This document shows positions 1 to 14,741 of a stretch of 64,000 nt of DNA, one piece after another. Location of the stretch: NCBI GenBank assembly GCA_051362555.1, contig CM120642.1:21886001-21950000 (forward strand), given 5' to 3'. The stretch comes from Lingula anatina (lineage: Eukaryota; Animalia; Brachiopoda). The notes under the pieces are model-generated. The model made no database searches. It saw nothing but the letters and a program-made list of their open reading frames with translations, and was not told the DNA's origin. The position numbers and the translations under genes were made by a program. Every line of letters starts with the position of its first letter. Positions within the stretch are counted from its first letter, which is position 1.

Positions 1-3000
1 ACACTGAGATGGAGGAGACATAAATGATAATAAATAAATAAATTGACAACACAAACATGCACAGTAATAAAAATAAATGCAAACAAACACAGTCGCAATA
101 CAGACATACACTGTGATCAGAATAAGTAAACATGTACAGTGACAACAGAACCATGTAAAGTAACCAGAATAAGCACAAATTAATCTAATGATTACACAGT
201 CATACATAGTGATCAATGATAGAGTGAAAAGAAACACATACAATGTGATCACAATATATTTACAAACACAGACAATGACAAAACAGAATGGAAACAGCAA
301 TCAGGATATAAACAGACACATACACATTGCTCACAATAAATCTAAACACAAAGAATGACAACACTAACATGCACAGTAATCAAATCAATTATGTTTAGAC
401 TCAAACAGTAATGACACAATCATACACAGTGATCAAAATAAATATTAACATGTGAAGTGACAAAAGTAACATGCACCGTAATGAAAATGAACACAAGGAA
501 AAAGAGTGAAAACATAGCCATACATAGTCTTCACAATATATACAAACACATTCAGTTATAATACAGAATAGAAACAGCAAATAGAATATAAACAGACACA
601 TAGACGTACATTGACAACACCATAGTTCAGCGCAATAGTAATGTTAGCAAACAAAAAGAGTGACAAAACTGACATACACATTGCTCACAATAAATGCAAA
701 CACCAACAGCAATGACACTAACATGAACAGTAATGTAAATAAATACAAACAAACACAGTCAGAATACAGACATACACAGTGATCAAAATAAGTTGACATG
801 TACAGTGACGACACAACCATGTAAAGTAACCAGAATGAACACAAATTGATCCAGTGATAACACAGTCATACACAGTGATCAATGATGGAGTGAAAACACA
901 CACATACAATGTGATCACAATGTACATACAACACATTCAGTGAGAATAGAGAATGGAAACAACAATCGGAATATAAACAGACACATAAACTATGCTTACA
1001 GTAACAACACCAACATGCACAGTTATAATAATGATTAAAAACATATAGACGGAAAAAACTAACATAAACATTGCTCAAATCAATGCAAACACAAACAGTA
1101 AGGACACAAACATATACAGTTATCACAATAAAAAGAAACAGAAACAGTGACAACGTAAACATGCACAGTAATGATAATGATTACAAACAAACACAGTCAG
1201 AATACAGACATACACAGTGATCAAAATAAGTTGACATGTACAGTGACGACACAACCATGTAAAGTAACCAGAATGAACACAAATTGATCCAGTGATAACA
1301 CAGTCATACACAGTGATCAATGATGGAGTGAAAACACGCACATACAATGTGATCACAATGTATTTACAACACATACAATGAGAATAGAGAATGGAAACAG
1401 CAATCGGAATATAAACAGACACATAAACTATGCTTACAGTAACAAAACAACATGCACAGTTATAATAATGATTTAAAACATATAGACTGAAAAAACTGAC
1501 ATACACATTGCTCACAATATATGAAACACAGGGAGTGACAACACTAACATGCACAGTAATCAAATCAATTATGTTTAGACACAAACTGTAACGACACAAT
1601 CATACACTGTGATCAAAATAAGTATTAACATGAACAGTGATAACAGTAACATGCACAGTAATGAGAATGAATAAGGAAGAAAAAGTGAAAACATAGCCAT
1701 ATAAAGTCACAGACAATATATACAAACACATTCAGTTATAATACAGAATAGAAACACAACAGAATATAAACAGACACATAGACATACATTGACAACACCA
1801 TCATTCAGCAATAGTAATGTTTACAAACAAAGAGAGTGACAAAACTGACTTATGCATTGCTAACAATAAATACAAACACCAACAGTAATGACATAAACAT
1901 ACACACTGATCAAATGAAATATTAAAATGTACATTGACAACAGTAATGTACACCATAATGGCAGTGAATATAACTAAAAATAGTGAAAACATAGCTGTAA
2001 ACAGTCATCACAATGTATACAAACACATTCAGTAACAATACAGAAATAGAAACAGACACATAGACACAGACATACATTGACAACACCATCATTCAGCGCA
2101 ATAGTAGTGATAACAGAAAAATAGAGTGAAAAATCTGACATACACAGTGCTCACAATGAATAGAAACACCAACAGTCTTGACACAAACATACACTGTGAT
2201 AAGAATCATATGCAAACACAAACATTGACAACACAAATATGCACAGTGATCAGAATAAATTTTGACTTGTACAGTGACGACAGTAACATCCACCATAATA
2301 AGAATGAACACAAGGAAAAAGAGTGAAACATAGCCCTACACAGTCATCACAATATCTACAAACACATTCAGTAACAATACAGAATAGAAACAGTAAACAG
2401 AATATAAACAGACACATAGTCATACATTGACAACACCATCATTCAGCACAATAGTAATGTTTACAAACAAAGAGAGTGACAAAACTGACATATGCATTGC
2501 TACCAATAAATACAAACACCAACAGTAATGACATGTACAGTGACAACAAAACCATATATAGTAACTAGAATGAAGAATAATTAATTACGTGATAGCACAG
2601 TCATACACAGTGATCAGTGATGGAGTGAAAACACAGACATACACAGTGATCACAATATATATACAAACACATACAATGACAATACAGAATGGAAACAGCT
2701 ATCGGAATATAAACAGACACATAAAATATGCTTACATCAACAACACCAACATGCACTTTCATAATAACGATTAAAAACATATAGACTTAAAAAACTGACA
2801 TACAGATTGCTCAAAATAAATATAAACACAAAGAGTGACAACACTAACATGCACATTAATATAATTAATTATGTGCAAACACAAACATTGACAACACAAA
2901 TATGCACAGTGATCAGAATAAATTTTGACTTGTACAGTGACGACAGTAACATCCACCATAATAAGAATGAACACAAGGAAAAAGAGTGAAACATAGCCGT

Positions 3001-6000
3001 ACACAGTCATCACTATATATACAAACACATTCAGTAGCAATATAGAATAGACACAGCAAACAGAATATAAACAGACACATAGTCACACATAGACAACACC
3101 ATCATTCAACGCAATAGTAATGTTTACAAACAAAAAGAGTGACAAAACTGACTTACGCATTGCTAACAATAAATACAAACACCAACAGTAATGACACTAA
3201 CATGAACAGTAATGTAAATAAATACAAACAAACACAGTCACAATACAGACATACACAGTGATCAGAATAAGTAAACATGTACAGTGACAACAGAACCATG
3301 TAAAGTAACCAGAATAAGCACAAATTAATCTAATGATTACACAGTCATACATAGTGATCAATGATAGAGTGAAAAGAAACACATACAATGTGATCACAAT
3401 ATATTTACAAACACAGACAATGACAAAACAGAATGGAAACAGCAATCAGGATATAAACAGACACATACACATTGCTCACAATAAATCTAAACACAAAGAA
3501 TGACAACACTAACATGCACAGTAATCAAATCAATTATGTTTAGACTCAAACAGTAATGACACAATCATACACAGTGATCAAAATAAATATTAACATGTGA
3601 AGTGACAAAAGTAACATGCACCGTAATGAAAATGAACACAAGGAAAAAGAGTGAAAACATAGCCATACATAGTCTTCACAATATATACAAACACATTCAG
3701 TTATAATACAGAATAGAAACAGCAAATAGAATATAAACAGACACATAGACGTACATTGACAACACCATAGTTCAGCGCAATAGTAATGTTAGCAAACAAA
3801 AAGAGTGACAAAACTGACATACACATTGCTCACAATAAATGCAAACACCAACAGCAATGACACTAACATGAACAGTAATGTAAATAAATACAAACAAACA
3901 CAGTCAGAATACAGACATACACAGTGATCAAAATAAGTTGACATGTACAGTGACGACACAACCATGTAAAGTAACCAGAATGAACACAAATTGATCCAGT
4001 GATAACACAGTCATACACAGTGATCAATGATGGAGTGAAAACACACACATACAATGTGATCACAATGTACATACAACACATTCAGTGAGAATAGAGAATG
4101 GAAACAACAATCGGAATATAAACAGACACATAAACTATGCTTACAGTAACAACATCAACATGCACAGTTAAAATAATGATTAAAAACATATAGACGGAAA
4201 AAACTAACATAAACATTGCTCAAATCAATGCAAACACAAACAGTAAGGACACAAACATATACAGTGATCACAATAAAAAGAAACAGAAACAGTGACAACG
4301 TAAACATGCACAGTAATGATAATGATTACAAACAAACACAGTCAGAATACAGACATACACAGTGATCAAAATAAGTTGACATGTACAGTGACGACACAAC
4401 CATGTAAAGTAACCAGAATGAACACAAATTGATCCAGTGATAACACAGTCATACACAGTGATCAATGATGGAGTGAAAACACGCACATACAATGTGATCA
4501 CAATGTATTTACAACACATACAATGAGAATAGAGAATGGAAACAGCAATCGGAATATAAACAGACACATAAACTATGCTTACAGTAACAAAACAACATGC
4601 ACAGTTATAATAATGATTTAAAACATATAGACTGAAAAAACTGACATACACATTGCTCACAATATATGAAACACAGGGAGTGACAACACTAACATGCACA
4701 GTAATCAAATCAATTATGTTTAGACACAAACTGTAACGACACAATCATACACTGTGATCAAAATAAGTATTAACATGAACAGTGATAACAGTAACATGCA
4801 CAGTAATGAGAATGAATAAGGAAGAAAAAGTGAAAACATAGCCATATAAAGTCACAGACAATATATACAAACACATTCAGTTATAATACAGAATAGAAAC
4901 ACAACAGAATATAAACAGACACATAGACATACATTGACAACACCATCATTCAGCAATAGTAATGTTTACAAACAAAGAGAGTGACAAAACTGACTTATGC
5001 ATTGCTAACAATAAATACAAACACCAACAGTAATGACATAAACATACACACTGATCAAATGAAATATTAAAATGTACATTGACAACAGTAATGTACACCA
5101 TAATGGCAGTGAATATAACTAAAAATAGTGAAAACATAGCTGTAAACAGTCATCACAATGTATACAAACACATTCAGTAACAATACAGAAATAGAAACAG
5201 ACACATAGACACAGACATACATTGACAACACCATCATTCAGCGCAATAGTAGTGATAACAGAAAAATAGAGTGAAAAATCTGACATACACAGTGCTCACA
5301 ATGAATAGAAACACCAACAGTCTTGACACAAACATACACTGTGATAAGAATCATATGCAAACACAAACATTGACAACACAAATATGCACAGTGATCAGAA
5401 TAAATTTTGACTTGTACAGTGACGACAGTAACATCCACCATAATAAGAATGAACACAAGGAAAAAGAGTGAAACATAGCCCTACACAGTCATCACAATAT
5501 CTACAAACACATTCAGTAACAATACAGAATAGAAACAGTAAACAGAATATAAACAGACACATAGTCATACATTGACAACACCATCATTCAGCACAATAGT
5601 AATGTTTACAAACAAAGAGAGTGACAAAACTGACATATGCATTGCTACCAATAAATACAAACACCAACAGTAATGACATGTACAGTGACAACAAAACCAT
5701 ATATAGTAACTAGAATGAAGAATAATTAATTACGTGATAGCACAGTCATACACAGTGATCAGTGATGGAGTGAAAACACAGACATACACAGTGATCACAA
5801 TATATATACAAACACATACAATGACAATACAGAATGGAAACAGCTATCGGAATATAAACAGACACATAAAATATGCTTACATCAACAACACCAACATGCA
5901 CTTTCATAATAACGATTAAAAACATATAGACTTAAAAAACTGACATACAGATTGCTCAAAATAAATATAAACACAAAGAGTGACAACACTAACATGCACA

Positions 6001-9000
6001 TTAATATAATTAATTATGTGCAAACACAAACATTGACAACACAAATATGCACAGTGATCAGAATAAATTTTGACTTGTACAGTGACGACAGTAACATCCA
6101 CCATAATAAGAATGAACACAAGGAAAAAGAGTGAAACATAGCCGTACACAGTCATCACTATATATACAAACACATTCAGTAGCAATATAGAATAGACACA
6201 GCAAACAGAATATAAACAGACACATAGTCACACATAGACAACACCATCATTCAACGCAATAGTAATGTTTACAAACAAAAAGAGTGACAAAACTGACTTA
6301 CGCATTGCTAACAATAAATACAAACACCAACAGTAATGACACTAACATGAACAGTAATGTAAATAAATACAAACAAACACAGTCACAATACAGACATACA
6401 CAGTGATCAGAATAAGTAAACATGTACAGTGACAACAGAACCATGTAAAGTAACCAGAATAAGCACAAATTAATCTAGTGATTACACAGTAATACACAGT
6501 GATCAATGATAGAGTGAAAAGAAACACATACAATGTGATCACAATATATTTACAAACACAGACAATGACAAAACAGAATGGAAACAGCAATGGGAATATA
6601 AACAGACACATAAACTATGCTTACAGTAACAACACCAACATGCACAGTTATAATAATGATTTGTCATCAAAATATATACAAACACATTCAGAAACAATAG
6701 TGAATAGACACAGCAAACAATTAATATAAATAGACACATAGTCATACATTGACAACACAATAAATACAAAGACAGACAGTGACAGCACTAACGTGGACAG
6801 GAATCAAAATAAATTTAAACAAATAGAGTGACAGAAATGACATACACAATGCTCACAATAAATACAAACACCAACAGTAATGACGCAAACATATACAGTG
6901 ATCACAATGAATACAAGCACAAACAGTGACAACATATACATGCATGGTAATGATAATGTTTAAAAACAAATAGGACAAACAAACTTACACAGTGATCACA
7001 ATACTTGCAAACACATACAGTAACAATATAGAATTGACACAGCAAACAGAATATAAACAGACACATAGACATACAGTGACAATACCATGATAAACAAACA
7101 GAGTGAAAAAACTGACAAGAGTCATATAAAGACACAAACAGTGACAACATTAAAATATCCAGTGATCACAATAAAAACAAACACCAACAGTAATGACACA
7201 AACATATACAGTAATCACGATAAATAGAAACACAAACAGTGACAAAACAAACATGCACAGCAATGATAATGATTACAAACAAATAGAAGGACAAACAGAC
7301 TTACACAGTGATCAGAATTATGTGCAGACACAAACAGTAACAACAGAAACATACACAATGATCAAAATAAATAGTAAATGAAAAAGTGATAACAGTAACA
7401 TGCACAATAATGAGAATGAACACAAAGAAAAAGTGTAAACAAAGTGATTCACAGTCATCACAATATATACAAACACATTCAGTAACAATACAGAAAGATA
7501 CAGCAAACAGAATATAAACAGACACATAGACATAACATTGACAGCATGATCATTAGGCTAACTACTAATGATTATAAACAAATAAATTGACAAAACTGAC
7601 ATACACAGTGCTCAAAATAAATACAATCACAAACAGTGACAACACAAACATGCACAGTAATCAAAATAAATACAAAGAAACACAGTCACAATACAGTCAT
7701 AAAAAGTGATCAGAATAAGTAAACATGTACATTGACAAAACAACCATGTAAAGTAACCACGTAACTTTTATATTAGTAACATGCATCATAATGAAAATGA
7801 ACACAAGGAAAAAGAGTGAAAACATAGCCGTACACAGTCATCACTATATATATACAAACACATTCAGTAGCAATATTGAATAAACACAGCAAACAGAATA
7901 TAAACAGACACATAATCACACATTGACAACACCATCATTCAGCGCAATAGTAAATTTACAAACAAAGAGAGTGACAAAACTGACTTACGCATTGCTAACA
8001 ATAAATACAAACACCAACAGTAATGACACAAACATGAACAGTAATGTAAATAAATACAAAGAAACACAGTCACAATACAGACATACACAGTGATCAGAAT
8101 AAATTTTGACATGTACAGTGACAACAAAACCATGCATAGTGACTAGAATGAAGAATAATTAATTAGGTGATAGCACAGTCATACACAGTGATCAGTGATG
8201 GAGTGAAAACACAGACATACACAGTGATCACAATATATATACAAACACATACAATGACAATAGAGAATGGAAACAGCAATCGGAATATGAACAGACACAT
8301 AAACTATGCTTACATCAACATCACCAACATGAACAGTTATAATAATGATTTAAAACATATAGACAGAAAAAACTGACATAAACATTGCTCACAATAAATA
8401 TAAACACAAACAGTAACAACACAAACATATACAGTGACCACAATAAATAGAAAGACAAACAGTGTCAAAACAAACATGCATAGTAATGATAATGATTACA
8501 AACAAGTAGAAGGACAAACAGACCTACACAGTGCTGAGAATTAAATGTAGACACAAACAGTAACAACACTAACATACACAGTGATCAAAATAAATATTAA
8601 TATGTATATTGACAACAGTAATGTGCACCATAATGACAATGAACACAAGGGAAAAGAGTGAAAACATAGTTGTACACATTCATCACAATATGTACAAACA
8701 CATTCAGTAACAATATAGAATAGACACAAAAAACAGAATATAAACAGAAACATAAACATACATTGAAAACTCCATCATTCAGCGCAATAGTAATGATTAC
8801 TAACAAATGGAGTGACAAAACTGACCTATAAAGTGCTCACAATAAATACAAGCACCAACAGTAATGATGCAAACATATACAGTGATCACAATGAATACAA
8901 ACTTAAACATTGACAACATATACATGCACAGTAATCAAAATGAATACAAACAAATAGAGTGACAGAAATGCACAGTGCTCACAATAAATACAAAAACGAA

Positions 9001-10875
9001 CAGTAACGACACAAACATATACAGTGTTCACAATAAATAAAAGCACAAACAATGACAAAACAAACATGCACAGAAATGATAATGATTACAAACAAATAGA
9101 AGGGCAAACAGACTTACACAGTGATCAGAATTTTATGCAGCCACAAACAGTAACAACACAAACAAACACAGTGATCAAAATAGATATTAAAAGAAAAAGT
9201 GATAACAGTAAGATGCACAGTAATGAGAATGAACACAAGGGAAAAAAGTGTAAACATAGACATCTGGAATCATCACTGTATATACAAACACATTCAGTAA
9301 CAATACAGAAAAGACAGAGCAAACAGAATATAAACAGAGACATAGACATAACATTGACAGCATGATCATTCAGCACAGTAGTAATGATTATAAATAAATA
9401 AATTGACAACACAAACATGCACAGTAATAAAAATAAATGCAAACAAACACAGTCACAATACAGACATACACTGTGATCAGAATAAGTAAACATGTACAGT
9501 GACAACAGAACCATGTAAAGTAACCAGAATAAGCACAAATTAATCTAGTGATTACACAGTCATACACAGTGATCAATGATAGAGTGAAAAGAAACACATA
9601 CAATATGATCACAATATATTTACAAACACAGACAATGACAAAACAGAATGGAAACAGCAATCAGGGAATAAAGAGACACATAAACTATGCTTACAACAAC
9701 AACACCAACATGCACATTTATAATAATGATTCAACACATATAGACTAAAAACTGACATACACAGAGCTCACAATAAATCTAAACACAAAGAATGACAACA
9801 CTAACATGCACAGTAATCAAATCAATTATGTTTAGACACAAACAGTAATGGCACAATCATACACAGTGATCAAAATAAATATTAACATGTGAAGTGACAA
9901 AAGTAACGAAAATGAACACAAGGAAAAAGAGTGAAAACATAGCCATACACAGTCTTCACAATATATACAAACACATTCAGTTATAATACAGAATAGAAAC
10001 AGCAAACAGAATATAAACAGACACATAGACGTACATTGACAACACCATAGTTCAGCGCAATAGTAATGTTAGCAAACAAAAAGACAAAACTGACATACAC
10101 ATTGCTAACAATAAATACAAACACCAACAGTAATGACACTAACATGAACAGTAATGTAAATAAATACAAACAAACACAGTCAGAATACAGACATACACAG
10201 TGATCAAAATAAGTTGACATGTACAGTGACGACACAACCATGTAAAGTAACCAGAATGAACACAAATTGATCCAGTGATAACACAGTCATACACAGTGAT
10301 CAATGATGGAGTGAAAACACACACATACAATGTGATCACAATGTACATACAACACATTCAGTGAGAATAGAGAATGGAAACAACAATCGGAATATAAACA
10401 GACACATAAACTATGCTTACAGTAACAACACCAACATGCACAGTTATAATAATGATTAAAAACATATAGACGGAAAAAACTAACATAAACATTGCTCAAA
10501 TCAATGCAAACACAAACAGTAAGGACACAAACATATACAGTGATCACAATAAAAAGAAACAGAAACAGTGACAACATAAACATGCACAGTAATGATAATG
10601 ATTACAAACAACTAAAAGGACAAACAGACTTACACAGCAATCAGAATCATATGCAGACACAAACAGTAACAACACAATCATACACCATGATCAAAATAAA
10701 TATTACCATGAACAGTGATAACAGTAACGTGCACAGTAATGAGAATGAATAAGAAAAAAAAGTGAAAACATAGCCATATAAAGTCACCACAATATATACA
10801 AACACATTCCGTTATAATACACACAGTAAACAGAATATAAACAGACACATAGACGTACATTGACAGCACGATCAT

Positions 10876-12603
10876 ACAGCGAAGTAGAGGAAAGCTTTAA
10901 CACTAAGAACTCTAGGGAATTGTGGTCAAATATATCCTTAATTACTAACTACAAGGGCTCAAAACACTCTGCTGACAAAGGAGATGCGTCACTACCGGAC
11001 AAACTGAATGACTTTTATGTAGGCTTTGATAAAGACAATAGTTCTTCTACAACGGTTCTACCTCCGACTTCCCAAGCTGACAATACTGAAGCAGTTCCGC
11101 TCACCATTCACCCCTGGCAAGTAAAACGGCAATTTATGCGTCTCAATGTTCGTAAGGTGTCTGGGCCGGATGGAATTTCACCTCGTGTTCTCAAACTCTG
11201 TGCTGACCAACATCTTTACTGTCATCTACAATTGGTCTCTACAAATCCTCAAAGTACCATTGCTCTGGAAGACGGCGTCTATCATCCCGGTACCAAAATC
11301 CAACCGAGTTACCAGCTTTAACGATCTTAGACCCGTGGCTCTGACTCCGGTGCCCATGAAAATTTTAGAAAAATTAGTTTTAAATTTTATTAAAGAAATT
11401 GTGCCGAAAACCTTGTACCCACTGCAGTTCGCTTATCGATCTAACAGAAATGTTGAAGATGCAATTAATCTGTGCCTACACACTGTACTACAACACTTAG
11501 ATAACAAAAATTCTTATGCAAGGATTTTATTTATTGACTACAGTTCAGCTTTTAACACAATTGTGCCAAAAAAACTATATCGGAAACTTTTAAACCATCT
11601 TAAGCTACCTGTTTTTATTTGTGACTGGATTTTAGACTTTCTTTTAGATAGAAGACAATCTGTTAAAAACGGCTCTTTTAGCTCAAAAACAACAGTCTTA
11701 AATACCGGTGCACCACAGGGATGCGTCCTTTCACCTTGTCTTTACTCCCTTTTTACCTATGATTGTACTAGTGTAAGCGACGGGACTTTTCTCATGAAAT
11801 TTGCGGATGATACTACGCTTGTGGGGCTAGTTACTGATAATGACGAGAGTACATATAGAGAATCTGTTGAGTCGGTGTTAAGCTGGTGCGAGAGTAATGA
11901 TCTTATCTTGAACGTAGCTAAAACCAAAGAAATGATAGTGGATTTTAGAAGGAATCAGAATGTAAAGGTACCACTCACCATTGGTAATGTTGAAGTTAGT
12001 AGAGGCGAGGAATTTAAACTACTTGGTATACACCTTAACAGTAAATTGAATTGGAAAGATAACACCGCAAAGAGTGTATTTTTTAAGATAATTGAGAACT
12101 TTTACTGATAGCGTGCCTATTTTAGTCAATTTTTACAGGTGTGTAATTGAAAGCATTCTAGCGTACGGAATTATAATATGTATAATTATAATAGCGGAAC
12201 AGCTGGGGAGGAAAGGAAGAAATTAACAAACGTTGTAAAAACTGCAAGCAGGATTATTGGGCAGGATCTCCCCAAGCTGGATGATATTTTTAAAGACAGA
12301 ATGGAGAAAAGAATTGTCAACACCATGAAAGACTCTTTCCATCCTGCATCATCTCTTTTTACTTTTTTACCAAGCAACAGCAGACTTTTAACTTTTAAAG
12401 GCAGTAAACGCTTTTTAAACAGCTTTTATCGAAGTGCAGTGACGCATTTTAATTTGATCTCAAAACTAAATTCTTAATTAATTTATTTATCTATTGTATT
12501 ATTTTATTATTTTACTCTGTATATTGCTCCAAAAGGAAATTGATTTCCGATTTTTATAATTGGCTAAATAAACTCTTATCTTATCTTATCTTATCTTATC
12601 TTA
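10876..12603 (+). mobile_element. 5'-truncated, frameshifted non-LTR retrotransposon (Rex1/Babar-like) with (CTTAT)n tail
   Basis: RT motifs DLRPVALT, LQFAYRSNRNVEDAI, YARILFIDYSSAFNTI, GAPQGCVLSP and KFADDTTLVG in ORF 11146-12108. Upstream SGPDGISPRVLKLCADQ lies in another frame (10860-11321). C-terminal HPASSLFTFLPS is in ORF 12178-12477. AATAAA is followed by (CTTAT)n ending at 12603. Satellite resumes on both sides without a clear TSD. Confidence 0.9.
11146..12108 (+). pseudogene. Reverse transcriptase core of the LINE (disrupted ORF2; endonuclease domain absent)
   Basis: The 320-aa ORF holds RT motifs including FADD. Frame breaks near 11210 and 12070 split the original ORF into three pieces. 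Confidence 0.9.
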
Positions 12604-13323
12604 AGTAATAATGATTATAAACAAATAAAGTGACAAAACAGACAAACACAGTGACAAGAATACATACAAACACATTCAGTGACAATACAAACATGCTCAG
12701 TGATCAAAATAAATACAAACAAACACAGTCACAATACAGACATACACAGTAATCAGAATAAGTTGACATGTACAGTGACAAGACAACCATGTAAAGTAAC
12801 CAGAATGAATACAAATTAATCCAGTGATCAATGATGGAGAGAAAATACACACATACAATGTGATCACAATACATATATTCAAACACAGACGATGACAGTA
12901 ATCAAATCAATAATTTGCAGACACAAACAGTAACAACACAGTCATACACAGTGATCAAAATAAATATTAACATGTACAGTGACAAGAGTAACGTGCACTG
13001 TGCACCATACAGAGTCATCAAAATATATACAAACACATTCAGAAACAATAGTGAATAGACACAGCAAACAATTAATATAAACAGACACATAGTCATACAT
13101 TGACAACACCATCATTCAGCGCAATAGTAATGTTTACAAACAAATAGAGTGACAAAACTGGCAAACACATTGCTCACAATAAATACAAACACCAACAGTA
13201 ATGAAACAAACATGAATAGTAATGTAAATAAATACAAACAAACACAGTCACAATACAGACATATACAGTGATCAGAATAAATTTTGACATGTACAGTGAC
13301 ACCAAAACCATACATAGTAACTA

Positions 13324-14118
13324 CCCAGCGGGCAAATTATGTTGTTTTAATGTTGAAACAACGTTGAACCATAACGTTGAGTAGACATTGAATAAACGTT
13401 GGATTTGAAAGTTGTGTCAACCTCAGATAACAACGTTGTATCAATGTCAGAAAACAATGTTATATCGACCCCACCCAGCGGGACATTAGCCTGGATGTGT
13501 TTAGCAGTAGGACATGTTTGATGGCTAAATATATGTAGGGTATAAATGTATGGCCTTTAAGTTAGAATTTCCAAGATTTATATATATATATATATATATA
13601 TGTATATAAGAAGATAACTACAACCATACATATATAAATATATATATAACAGAGTCACAGTCACCTCAACCTGTCTATCTATAACAGGTTACCAAGAACT
13701 GTTAACTCCATCACATTTACAGCAACTTATTCATCCTAGTGTTAGCTGACCTTGCAAGCAATTCAGTTTATTGGAATGTATTTCTGAATAACAAGTTAAG
13801 AAAATTCACTAGTTCACTAAAGACACAAAACAACTGTCAATTTTAATTTAAAACCATTTTGTTATTATTTTGATAAATTTAGTTACAGTATTGATAAACA
13901 AAGTATCACGTTTTCAATAATTAATATTTTAAATTACAATCCATAACTGCAAGGTTGTGTCATTAACCAAAATACAACGTTGAGTCAACGTCACATTATG
14001 ACAGTGTTTCGACGTGGCTGGATCAACATTGATTTGACGTTGAATTTAGGTAGATCAACAGCAATTCAATGTATCAACCTGTTTTCAACGTTGATCCAAC
14101 GCAACTATGCCTGCTGGG
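13324..14118. mobile_element. Non-autonomous DNA transposon (MITE), 795 bp, CCCAGC(G/A)GGCA TIR, TA target duplication
   Basis: Starts TA|CCCAGCGGGCA and ends TGCCTGCTGGG|TA. The uninterrupted satellite elsewhere reads GTAAC-TA-GAATGAAG. Many subterminal CAACGTTG-like palindromes. CMC/EnSpm-like affinity is an inference from CCC termini plus a 2-bp TSD. Confidence 0.85.
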
Positions 14119-14500
14119 TAGAATCAAGAATAATTAATTAAGTGATAGCACAGTCATACACAGTGATCAGTGATGGAGTGAAAACACAGACATACACAGT
14201 GATCACAATATATATACAAACACATACAATGACAATATAGAATGGAAACAGCAATTGCAATATGAACAGACACATAAACTATGCTTACATCAACATCACC
14301 AACATGCACAGTTATAATAATGATTAAAAACATATAGACTGACAAAACTGACATAAACATTGCTCACAATAAATGCAAACACACAGTAATGATAATGATT
14401 ACAAACAAACACAGTCACAATACAGACATACACAGTGATCACAATAAATTTTGACATGTACAATGACAACACAACCATGCACAGTAACCAGAATAAACAC

Positions 14501-14741
14501 TATAGTACTGTGGTTCGATCTATCTCACAAGGGATTCTCGCTAAGTTGCAAACAACCTAGGGCGCTTAAACATTTAAGATGTCTGGCACGCCTACTAAAG
14601 CTACTAAACAATAATGAGTTACCCCCTAGCAGCTTCAGCAGATGTGACAGACATCTAAGCGGCCTAGGTTCATTTAGTGAGAAAACCCTTGGGGATGGAT
14701 TGATCCTGTTAGATCGATCTAGGTATGGGAACCCTGTCAAG
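14501..14741. repeat. ~200-bp imperfect palindromic (foldback) element, copy 1
   Basis: AAGGGATTCTCGCTAAG pairs with TTTAGTGAGAAAACCCTT. AACCTAGGGCGCTTA pairs with TAAGCGGCCTAGGTT. AGATGTCTGGCACGCCTACTAAAGCTACTA pairs with TAGCAGCTTCAGCAGATGTGACAGACATCT. GATC-containing ends. Confidence 0.8.

Noticed and set aside
401-10875. Dozens of Cys/Val/Ile/Thr-rich ORFs in the A/C satellite
   Set aside because: Translations simply follow the repeat, occur in several frames and strands, and show no domain motif.
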